DNA of 64,000 nt from Octopus sinensis (lineage: Eukaryota), in the NCBI RefSeq assembly GCF_006345805.1, contig NC_042999.1, forward strand, positions 66,216,001 through 66,280,000, given 5' to 3'. Numbering within the stretch: position 1 is the stretch's first letter; each line of letters begins with the position of its first letter. The notes beneath the pieces are model-generated. The model had not been told where the DNA came from. It worked only from the letters and a program-made list of their open reading frames with translations, and made no database searches. A program made the position numbers and the translations under genes. Below are positions 28,043-39,564 of the stretch, in pieces.

Positions 28043-28596
28043 GTGTGAGAGCAGTGCATGCCATCAAAATGACACTGTGGCAAAATGTACGAAGCCCAGT
28101 ATATCCATCATGACTACCCGTCTGATAAGGCTACACCAGGCACATGCATCACAACCATATGTGCGCGACAGGGTGATCTCATATTAAGATAAACAGCGTA
28201 TGACCTTGCACGTGGGGCCCAGTTAGAATTTTCTTCTGGTCGAGTTGCCCAACCCGCTTAAAAGTTCCCCGAATAAGGATTGCTTAAGGATGTTGAACGG
28301 ATCACCCATGTTTCCAAAGGTGAATTATCAAAACCTCTAAGAATCCCTTTCAACACACGACTATGATACTCCCCCATTACTCCTGCTCATGATCAGAGAT
28401 GCACATATCGTCAGCCACTAAGGAACATGCTCAACTGGTTAAGGTCAAACAACTAACAAGCAAATCTGTGGTATTGAGCAGAATATTTGTTGTAGCCCAT
28501 CTTTTTACCAAGACAAAACAAGTATATGATACCACTTCCAATCAGTTAAGATCAGAAGCCATGAGAGCCACTGCTTGGTACTGCATCCGGGCATTT
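28043..28596 (-). mobile_element. About 550-bp non-coding repeat with (AAT)n tail, copy 2, adjoining a Dong (TAA)n tail
   Basis: Same two termini as copy 1. A 25-bp end fragment also occurs at about 52147-52172 next to (ATT)n. Confidence 0.85.
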
Positions 28597-28637
28597 ATTA
28601 TTATTATTATTATTAGTATATTTTATTATTATCATTA

Positions 28638-28690
<53 letters not shown>

Positions 28691-28713
28691 TATTATTATT
28701 ATTATTATTATTA

Positions 28714-29060
28714 TCAGTAGTTTTATTTTTATAGCGTGCTTTCACTACCGAGCGCAGCTCTGTGTGCCTTGGGTATGTGCTGTTATTTGTGTGATGCTCT
28801 GATGGTTATTGTATGGAAAGTGTTCTGCGTAGGATGTGTGCAGTGCCTAGTAGTGCAATTTTCTGTATGTTATATGTGTTTGTAAGTCCTGGTGTTTTTG
28901 TTATGTATTTGTCTGAATATTTTTTTATCATGCCTAATGCACCTACATGAGAGGGATTGGTTCTGTTTTTAAATCCACATTCTGGTTACCTCTATTTCCA
29001 GGTCTTTGGATTTTGAAAGTTCTCATTTCTTTAGAGACACGTTGTAATCTGCCGGTATTG
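28714..29060 (-). mobile_element. 5'-truncated R4/Dong LINE 3' end (about 350 bp) with (AAT)n tail
   Basis: Near-duplicate of 29103-29460; (TTA)n at about 28598-28713. Confidence 0.9.
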
Positions 29061-29062
29061 CT

Positions 29063-32000
29063 GTTGTTGTTGTTGTTATTATTATTATTATTATTATTGT
29101 TATCAGTAGTTTTATTTTTATAGCGTGCTTTCACTTCACTACCGAGCGCAGCTCTGTGTGCCTTGGGTATGTGCTGTGATTTGTTGTGATGCTCTGATGG
29201 TTATTGTATGGAAAGTGTTCTGCGTAGGATGTGTGCAGTGCCTAGTAGTGCAATTTTCTGTATGTTATATGTTTGTAAGTCCTGGTGTTTTTGTTATGTA
29301 TTTGTCTGAATATTTTTTTATCATGCCTAATGCACCTACTATGATAGGAATTGTTTCTGTTTTCAGGTTCCACATTCTAGTTACCTCTATTTCCAGGTCT
29401 TTGTATTTTGAGAGTTTCTCCATTTTTTTAGAGACACGTTGTCATCTGCCGGTATTGATACATCAATTAGAAAGCATTTTTTTCTTCATGATCTCTGACA
29501 ACTATATCTGGTCTGTTGGCCTTAATTTCTCTATCTGTGTGTATCGGCATATCCCAGAGTATGGTTGCTTTCTCGTTTTCTGTGACCTTTTCTGGTGTGT
29601 GCCTATACCATCTTTTTTCTGTTGTTATTCCATAATGTTGGCATAGCTTCCAATGTATGTAGGTTCCAACTCTGTCATGTCTGTGAATATATTCCTTCTT
29701 AGCCAGGACTGGGCAGCTAGAGATAATATGATTTATTGTTTCTTGTCCATCTCCACATATTCTGCAGTTACTTGTAATATTTCTTTTCATTACATGTTTT
29801 TGGTAATTTCTGGTGGGGAGGCTTTGGTCTTGTGCTGCAATTAAAAATCCCTCTGTTTCTCTGCTTTGAGTCCTGAGCTTCTCAACCATTGCTGGGATTT
29901 TTCTTTGTCTATTTCTTTTGCGTTTAGTTTAGTGCAGTATTTACCATGAAGGGGCTTTTCTTGCCATCGTTTTATCATGGCTCGTTGCTGTTCTATTTTT
30001 AGTTTGGATCTCATGTTTTATAGCTTTTGTTGTTTCTTCATCATCTCTTCTTCTTCTTTGTGTTTATTAGGTGGTATGATTTCTTGTTTGTATTGGCAGC
30101 TTCCTTAAATACTGAGAACAGTTTTTTGTTTTGCTCGTGTTTTGCTGCTATCTGGATCAGTTTTCCTTCCTTCTGAAGTAGGTTTTTTGCAGTCCTATGG
30201 TGGTTATTTTATAGTAGTTTTCCAGCTATAAGGCCTCTACCACCTTCTATACGTTGTATATATAGTCTTTCTATGTCAGATTTTGGGTGATGCATCCTAG
30301 ATCCTGTCATTATTTTTCTTGTTTTCCTATCTATTTTGTCAGTTCATTTCGTGTCCAGTTAAGGATATTGTAGCTGTAACTTATAACTGGGACAGCTAAA
30401 GTGTTGATACCTATTATCTTGTTTTTAGCATTGAGCTCTGATTTTAGTATTGATCTAACTCGTCTATAATATTCTTTTTTTTATTTTCTCTTTCATTTGT
30501 GTGTGTTGTGTCTTATCTAGTTCATGGATTCCTAAGTATTTGTAAGTTTGGCTTTGGTCTAATTCTTTTATTTCATTGGTTTTATCTAGTGTGATGTTGT
30601 TACTCTTAACTAGTTTTCCTCTTTTCATGGTTACTTTGGCGCATTTTTCTAATCCAAATTTCATATCTATTTCTTTGGTAAATCCATGAACTGTCTTTAA
30701 TAGTGTTTCCAGCTGTTTGTCATTTGCAGCGTATAGTTTTAGGTCATCCATATATAAAAGGTGGCTGATCGTTTTGCCGTAACATTTATATCCGCATCCA
30801 GTTCTATTTAGCATATCAGATAGAGGTGACAGTGCCAAGCAGAAAAGGAGTGGAGAGAGCGTGTCTCCCTGGAATATTCCTCTTCTAATGGGGATGTCTT
30901 TGTTTTCATGAGTCCCTCTTTTGTTTGGAGGTGTAGGACTGTTTGCCATTTATTCATAGAGTGCTCTATGAATTTTATGATTGTTGGTGCTACTTTGTTA
31001 ATGGCTAGTTTTTGAGGATCCATGTGTGGGGGATGCTATCAAACGCCTTTTTGTAGTCAATCCAGGCCATACTGAGGCCTTTCTTCTTTCTGTGGCTGTC
31101 TTCAGTTATGCTTTTATTAATCATTAGTTGATCTTTACAGCCATATGACCTTTGCGGCATCCTTTCTCTGCTCTTCTGGGAACAGTTTGTTTTCGTCCAG
31201 GTGCCCTTTCAGCCTTTGCGATATCACTGCAGTAAATGCCTTGAACATAGTAGGGAGGCAGGTTATTGGTCTGTAGTTTTCTGGTTTTGTTGTTTCATTT
31301 GATTGGGAATTAAGATGGTTTTCCCCTTCGTGAGCCATTCAGGCATTGTCTCTGGCTCTGCTAGTATGCTGTTAAAGTTTTCAGCCAGCTTTTTGTGCAT
31401 TCTTGTTAGATATTTCAACCAGAAGTTGGGGATCTTGTCATGCCCAGGTGCCTTCCAGTTGCTTAGTTTTTGCAGTGCCTGGGTGACCTCTTCAGTTGTT
31501 ATGGGGGTCCAAGTTGTTCAGATGCCGAGTTTGTTATTTTCATACTCCTTTTTCTTGGCTGTTCGTTCGCCGACCATATTTCTTTCCAGAATTCTTCCAA
31601 TTCTTCTTCTTCTGCCGTTGGTGCTGCAGTGACTTCTATTTTATTTTTGCCCAGTTCTTGGTAGAACTTTTTGGGGTCGGAGTTGAACTTTTTGTTCTGT
31701 TCAAAGAAGCGTTGGCGTTTCTTACCGGCGGATCCTTTGAGCTTTGGCAAGGATATCTTGCTTCAGCTTTTCTTTTATCTCCGGCAAATCTTTTTCTGTG
31801 ATGTTATATTTGCGGAGCATTTTTGTTCTCTTTTTGTTGCTCAGTAGCGTTGCTTGTTTGCTGATTTCATTAAGAATCGACAGGTCTTTTCTAATTTTTT
31901 TATTTTGTTTTGGATGTTATTTATCCACAGGTTTGTTTGGGTGGTGGTACTCCTGTTTGGGCGGGTTGGGTGAGTATCCAGCTTCTTTTGTGGCTGCAGT

Positions 32001-33050
32001 GGCTGCTGCGTATATCAAGTCATTTAGTTCAGTGATATCACTTTTTTGTTTCAGTGGCTAGTTCAGTGACGGCTAGGTTTATGTTGTTTATAATTGGTGT
32101 TGTTATTGCGTTTATTTTTATTCTTGGGAGGTATGGTCGGTGGTCCATTTTGAGCTCTGTGTTTTAGTTCTTTGATTATTTTATTTTTTATTTATCATAA
32201 TCATTAGGCTCCCCTTCGTTGTTTACATCGTGTTTGTTGGGAATGTTGCGTTTGTCTTCGTGTTTTACAGTTTCAGTGTTTATATTATTGGCATTGTTGT
32301 GTGGCTTCTATCTACATTTTCCTGGTGTATTTTTTCTTTTAAATGTTCTATTTCTATTTCTGATATTTTTTGGCTTTGAGAATGTATCTTCGTACGTTAG
32401 CTAATTTATTAGGGTTCATTGCTGTATCCAAGTCTATATCTCTATTATTTTCCTTCCATATTTTATATGTATGTGTTGTTGTATTTTCATTTTGTGGGTA
32501 GAGCATTGCTGTGAAGTATGCGTGTAAGATAGAAATGTATTCCTCACGTGTCCATTTACGTCTTTTGGTTTTAATTGCGGGACATGAGGTACAACGTCCG
32601 GCCCATTATTTTGACGGTCGTCATTTTCGTAGGGTACCGGTCCGTTTATTTCTGTTGTCACATTATTTCGCACGTGTAGTTTTTCGTACATTTTTGTTGT
32701 AGGTTTAATGTACGTACCGCTCGATTGTTATTCTTGGGTTGAATAGTATCGGTGGCATTTAATTTTTTCGTAGTTCCTTTGTACATGGTGTTTGAGGTCG
32801 GGGATGATCGTGTTATTCCACGCATGTACATGTGTTGTGTTAGAGGTGGAGATAATATCGAGTCAAAATACATCATTTCGTTTCGAAAATAGTAATAAAT
32901 TTCAATTAGTATTACTTACTCGGATATAGTCAATTCTTTGTTAGTAAATCTTTGGCTCCATAGGGTGTCCTTGTTTTCGATGTTTGTGGATAGATTTCGG
33001 AGCTCTGTATTTTCTTTCTTACATCTTAAACGTCCCCGGTTTCTTATTTA
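29063..33050 (-). mobile_element. Near full-length R4/Dong-clade non-LTR retrotransposon flanked by (TAA)n
   Basis: Single frameshifted ORF from about 32876 to 29201 with a 3' UTR ending in (AAT)n. (TTA)n lies at both ends (29063-29102 and about 33050-33112). Confidence 0.93.
29201..32876 (-). pseudogene. Dong/R4 ORF (N-terminal domain, RT, CCHC zinc knuckle, restriction-like endonuclease), frameshifted as assembled
   Basis: Motifs in order: RRKWTREEY, DLIYAAA, NYRPITCLPT, IRRGIFQGDTLSPLLF, HLLYMDDLKLYA, YKYLGI, LIAAQDQ..CRICG..ETINHIISSC, RHDRV, LWD..ANRPDIVV, ALLGTAHILRRTLSIQ*. Confidence 0.92.
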
Positions 33051-33067
33051 TTATATTATTATTATTA

Positions 33068-33100
<33 letters not shown>

Positions 33101-33114
33101 CATTATTATTATAG

Positions 33115-33890
33115 TTGTTGTCTTATAACGCTGGAGATGTACTACGGTGTCAGCTGTTCCCTACCAGTGAACTAACATAACACCCCTTATTTTTCGCAGA
33201 CCATCCGCAGTGTTCGAGAAGTTCCAAGTAGTGCTGTTTCCTGAAATTGCTCCACCCTTTTTGCAGCCCCCATTTGTTCCAAGTACTTCTCGTGATTTTT
33301 ACTCATTGTTCCCCGGGCTCTGGCAATTATTTTTACTGCTATCACCTTTTACCTCGACTACAACTGCTTAACCTCCCAAGATAAACTGTTATATCTATCA
33401 ACATATCTTTCTTCCTTACCGCATACCTTGTTTGCAATTGGGTATGTTATATCTATGACCCAGCATTGTTTGCTTTCTTTCCCTATTAACACTATGTCTG
33501 GTTTCCCATTCTCTATCTCATGGTCGCACTGAAACATAAAATCCCATAGGATCTTAGCATTATTATTTTCGATGATGCCTTCCACGACGAGTTTCCTTGA
33601 GAATTGCATTAAGGACACGCGTGTCTGTGGAGTACTCAGCCACTTGCACGTAATTTCACGCGCAGGACGTTTCGTCGATTGGATCAACTGGAACCCTTTT
33701 CGTCGTAAGCGACGGGGTACCATTATTTCCCCCTGTCGATGAGGTGTCACAAGGTTACAGATACACTTCGATTCCAGATCCTGCCAGCATCCTAATACCT
33801 CATTGATAATTGACATGGCACTCAGTTGGAAACGTGCCGATTGTTCGTCATGATCAAACCTTCTCTCTGAAGATTGAGTATGCATAACCA
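33115..33890 (-). mobile_element. 3' fragment of a second, diverged R4/Dong family
   Basis: ILWDFMFQCDHEIENGKPDIVLI (RLE PD motif) and QETALLGTSRTLRMVCEK*. It ends at the (TAA)n directly upstream of the long Dong copy. Confidence 0.8.
33592..33720 (+). mobile_element. SINE family B 3' tail fragment inserted in the second Dong
   Basis: gtactcagccacttgcacgtaatttcacg...ggatcaactggaaccc matches 8820-8910. Confidence 0.8.
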
Positions 33891-34547
33891 CCCACCTCCT
33901 GAAGAATGTCTCTTGTGAAGGGCCACAAACTTCCCAATCCTTCAGTCTACTTGACTATGGTCTGAGCCGACATCTACCTCGTATTAAGTGAAGCATGACC
34001 TTCACTTAATACAAATCAGACATAGTCGATCTTGTTTACCAAAAGCTGAGGTTGTTTTGTGGATAACCTTGTAGAAGTAGAATATCTGAGTATCACTAGA
34101 CTTACTACCACTCGAACCCGCAAATGTCCCCATCACTTTTTGTGCATTTGACTGATAATTGAGAAAACGTCACAGAGAATAAACTAATTTGTTGCTAGTC
34201 AGTCCAGCATTAAAGAGACCTGTTGCAAGTTTTATGTCCAGCAATTCTGCAGAAGGTGATGGATAGCTTCATATCTTCTGTTTTTATATCCTTCCTATCT
34301 CGTTGTTGACGAGAAACATTAGACGAGAAAAAAAAACTGTTCAGATTCTACAGCTTTAACTGATTACAATTAGCCAAGCACAAATATATATATATTTTTT
34401 AAAAAAATGAATGATTATGATCACCTTACATATAAGAAAATAATGAACATTTTGTATGCATATCTGTGAGATTGCGCGTGCGTTTTTGGGTGTGTTTAAA
34501 GAGTGGGAATAGATATGAGTGAGTAAATATAGTGTATATTTGTAATT

Positions 34548-34604
<57 letters not shown>

Positions 34605-36589
34605 CATATATGTATGTATGTATGTAAGTATGTTTGTATGTATGTATGTATGTATGCATATCCGTAATATGTTACTTTCATTTCGTATTAAACTATTCCA
34701 GTGCCGAGAACTTCCCTGATTCTAAAGATTTTGAATCGCCTGGCGCAAGGATACGAAAGATTGCGTGATAAAAATCCATTAAGTCTGAAGCTTGGAGATG
34801 ATATAAGATATACATTCTGCGTTTTACACCTCATATAATTGCTCTAGACATCTATAAATAGAGTTAACGCGTCCATCACTTGGTAGCAAATATTAACCGC
34901 TATTTCGTCAAGGTGTAATGTATTCAATGGTAAACTTTTGAAATGAAATGAAATGAAATATAGTTGTAAAAAAAAATCTGCTTTTTTCCTGGAAGCTATT
35001 ACCTATATAGAAGAGAGTTGTGAAGAATATAATCGAAAAAGTCTAAAAATATCATTTTAAAGTAAAATCTACAGGGGGAACTTAATAACCATTTAACTGT
35101 ATTGACTTCTGTGTTAAGAAGTTCACAGTCGAAATTTTCCATTCACGCTGTCAAATATATGCTTTCTGTGATACAGCTAATGGAAAATTCCTCGAAAGAT
35201 ATATTGAACAGGTGCCAGTCAGTGGGAGGAATTATTTTGCATTGCCGGAAGAACGCTGAAAATTTTAGGTGATATAATGCAGAAGCCTAACCCTTACCTC
35301 TTAGAGGAAATGCTGTAGTATTTAGCCATGAAATTGAATAGAAACTAGTGTATGTGCCAGAAAGAAGAATTCTGGAATCTAGCTTGCGCGTAACAACTGT
35401 ATCAATATCTAAAAGAATTATGCAAGCCAAACTATTTCATATATTGTTTCCTATTCAAAGTTACATTTCAAAAAGAATGTATTTCTTTTTTATTTTTATT
35501 ATTAATATATTTTTTCCAAACAAGGAGAATTTTTACCAATATTTCGTTTTCAATTTTCATTTCGATTTATTTGAAATGTTTATTATTTATTTCTCTATTA
35601 TTTTTTTAATTAATTCCCAATATCCACCTTCACTTTTGTCCATTTCTCCTCCATCTGCGTGTTCTTTTAATATAACGGATATTTTTCATTTCTTTATAAT
35701 ATTTTTTTCTTTAGATAACTGCGTGCGGTAGCGAAAAGCTAAAACACTCTTTTTCCTTTTCGCAACCAATACTATCCGTTTGACATTGTAGCAGACTACT
35801 GGTTGAAAGTAGAGAAAGGGGCCATCGATCTTTCTTTTTCCTAGTAAATCAATGAACTTTTCAGTTCGGATATTATTTATGAATGGCGGATGTTGAGGTA
35901 GCCAAGTCAATGTTGCAATGAATTTCTGAGTAAACCAGCATCTGTCACCATTTGCAATTGGTCTTCTCCCTTTGATTAACTATTCTATCTATGTTAGTTA
36001 GTCGGCAATATAGAAACAGAGTGAGAATGAAGGTGAAAGCAACATGAAATTAAATGCTAAATTAAATTCCCCCTTGCGCATCAGCTAGAAAGTCGGTATC
36101 CATTATATAAGACTGACATTTCTATAATACCTGCATCTTTTATAAGATTACTATCACCATTGCTATCTGCAACCCTCATTAAGTTCTCACCTTCTGTGAG
36201 GTTAAAAGATCATGCATGATTGATATTTCTTATGTGTCTCCTATTTATATTTCCCAAAAGGCAGACATGTAACATGAATCTGCCGTGTTCTTTATTAATA
36301 TATAAATATTTCATCACACCAACGTGTTAATACGTCATAAGTGGGGGTGGCAAACAGCAACAGATATCAATATATTCATTGAAGAAGCATTGTTGCTCTA
36401 ATACTGTCAGTATATGAGATTAGCATTTAACTTTCCATCGTGTCAACACGGCTTTCTTTCAGAAAGCAGTGAACACGATAGAAAATTGAGTTACAAATAG
36501 AAAAATTGTGTGCCCATTTCCGGCTTAGACCACACAAAGTTACTTCATCCAAGTTGATATTTCAGGAATTAAAACTTTCTAAAACTCTC

Positions 36590-36590
<1 letters not shown>

Positions 36591-36668
<78 letters not shown>
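36591..36668. repeat. (CT)n microsatellite
   Basis: Directly visible. Confidence 0.97.
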
Positions 36669-36672
<4 letters not shown>

Positions 36673-36771
36673 AATGACTAGCACTAAAAAGCTTCTGAAG
36701 ATTATATCTACGGTATCAGGACTGCTTCTGTAGCAATAAAAAATCTTAAAAATTTAAGGAAAAATAGATTG

Positions 36772-36946
36772 GTTTCAAATTTTGGAGCAAGGCAAGCTTT
36801 TTCAGGAGCGGGATAGATTGATCACATGAACCCAAGGATGAAAAGCAAAGTCGACCACGGTGGAACTTAAACTCAGGACGCAAAGACAGTCGAAATGCAG
36901 CAAAGTATTTTGCCTGGCGTAATAAAGATTCTGCCAGCTCGCCACC
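36772..36946 (-). mobile_element. SINE family A (diverged)
   Basis: Reverse complement begins ggtggcgagctggcagaatc, as in the 12541 copy. Confidence 0.8.
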
Positions 36947-37931
36947 AATAATGTAACACAATATTAAAAGAAAATTAAGTGCGGATATTAAAAATCACGT
37001 CGGCGGCAATTTCTCGAAGTTCTAAGGATTTTTGGTAAATGCTACAGACTGTGGCTCTATGCAGCAAATGATAGAGAAGACCAATGGCAAAGGGTGTTCC
37101 ATACAGAAAAAAAAACCGTGCTGAGAAAATGAGCATAATTTCGTTTGAATGAAGTAGAGCATTCTCATTGCATACAGAAGCAAAGTTTGCCTATTGTGGA
37201 GACAACACACACATACACATATACATATATGCACGCGTGCATATAAGTATATATATGGACCTGATGCTTCATCTACGTCCCTTTCATTTCTTCCAGTATC
37301 TCATTAAAGAGAAAAGGAGACCGAGAGAGAGAGAGAAGGAGGGAGAGAAACAAAGTGTCAGAGAGACATATATAGAAACCAAGACCCAAAAGGCGCGTAT
37401 GAGCAGGAGATATAAATGATACGACTGCGGCCGGTTTACTCAGAACACAAACCTGAAAAGTAAGTCTGTACAATGTTTTTGTTCTCTGTAAACAATTTTC
37501 ATCCAAACGTCTAAAGTTAGAATTCCCCACATCTATTTTCTATTTCTGTAGTTAGAGACAAGAACATTAACTGAGTGGATGAGATATTGAACAGACCTGA
37601 TTGACTTAGAAATTATATTGATTTTCTTATATTGAATTTCGTCATATCTGTTTTATTGTTGGCTTCAGATTTAATGTGATAGACAAATATTATTAAGAAA
37701 GGAAAAGAAATTAAAGTTAAATTAAAATTGTGTCGCTGACTAAGTAATCTGTCTGATTGTCTGATATTCTAAGGTAGTGACCTTCTTATTTAAATACAAA
37801 ATATTGATTTTATTAAGTACAAGACCATACATATATAAGAAATTGAGAAAAAAGAATTGTTATCATGTGTATCCTTTCAAAAGACACGACGTTTACACAC
37901 ACAATCACGCACACACAAAAATATATATTTG

Positions 37932-37993
<62 letters not shown>

Positions 37994-38023
37994 GAGAAAG
38001 AAGAGCAACAAGAATGGATAGGT

Positions 38024-38114
38024 TTTTAGTACAATCGTTTCATACAAGGACAGGCTTTATTAAAAGTTGCAAAAATTACAGCATATAAACGTGTCCCGTA
38101 CTCATCAGCTAAAA
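38024..38114 (-). ncRNA. Type I hammerhead ribozyme in the 3' pLTR
   Basis: ttttag-CTGATGA-GTACGGGACA..TGTCCTTGTAT-GAAAC-gatt-GTA-ctaaaa: perfect 6-bp stem I and a long stem II. Confidence 0.88.
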
Positions 38115-39564
38115 TACATGTGAGTTCTCTAGACATCCTAGTGGTTGAGGCTATACTCATGAAGTAATGTAGATAATTAAGTAACATAAACAGATTTCCA
38201 AAGTTCATTAAAGTTCTTAAAGATGATGTACAGTCTTATCACAGAATTTTAAAAAAGTTTTAATAGCATCACAGAGAAGGTGACCTAATCCATAGTGCAC
38301 ATATGAATTTCCAGAGATATGAGGAGGGATTACATACTCACAGACGACAAATTTATCCATTGTTAATCACAACGAGGTGGGTCTCAATTCCTGCTTGTTA
38401 GCATTACAGAGAGGGTGAATTAATCCTTTGTATAGATGCACAATTTGCAATGGTGTAGATGTAAATTTCCAGAGAAATGAAGAGGAATTTCATATTCACA
38501 GGCGATAAATTTATCAATGGTTGAACACAATGAGGTAGGTATCAATTCTTGTTATATGATTAGGTATTTGCCACATTAATCACATTACTGCTATTTACAA
38601 GAGGCTGTAGCTATTAACTTTTAAAGGCTGAAGGGCTTTCTAGAGAGGCAAGAACAGAAAAGGGAAGGGAAGAGAAGAAAAGAGAGAAAATAAAGGAGGA
38701 GGAGCAAAAAGGGGGAGGGGGACTAAAAGAGAAGAGAAAAGGAAAAAGAGAATAAAAGAAGAAAAAGAAAAAAAGAGGAAAAGAGAAAGAAATAGGGAAA
38801 GAAGGGAAAAAAAGGAAAAGAAAAAAAGAGGGTTCTAGTATACAGAAGAATTAGTAGACGGCAAGTCTGGTTTTAATTTACAGGCATCTAGGAACTAGAG
38901 GAAAATATTATTCTTTGACCAGTAAAACAGCTAATTTATTGCTGTTGAAATCAGCTATGAATTTAAAGAGAATCTAAAGAGATAACACGTCAGGGGTTTA
39001 GGGGTCAGAGGCTAAAATCAAAAGAAAATACATTAGGAAAATCTAAGTATAATCTTATCAAAAAGTCATTAAAATTTATTTATTTATTTATTCATTTTAT
39101 TGTCTTAAGGAGTTGCCGTTATTATTCATACATTGACGGACTACAGGTCAAATCTTAGAAGATCATTTACAAGGTGTTAGGGAATTGTCTATCATAATGA
39201 AGATAATCATATTATCACCGAGGGAGTAGCCTTATTTATTTAATTTTGAAATAGAATTATGGGGCTTTAGTAACTCATTTTATTTATAAAGTATGCTACT
39301 TAAATTAGATTAAGTTAAGAATTAAAATTAAAAATTACAATTAAGATTTAAAATTAAGATTTAAAATTATGAGTTTGAAATTAAATAAAGCCTCAATTAA
39401 GCAGCGTATAAGTACTATTCATTTCCCTGTTCTCAAAAAACTGATGCAGATATAAGGAAAAAGATAACTGTAGTGTGAGAACTCTTAGTTATCTACTTAA
39501 AGCAGTGCTATACTAGTAAAAATCAAGTTATATCTATCTATCTATCTAGTTACGAATATTCTAA

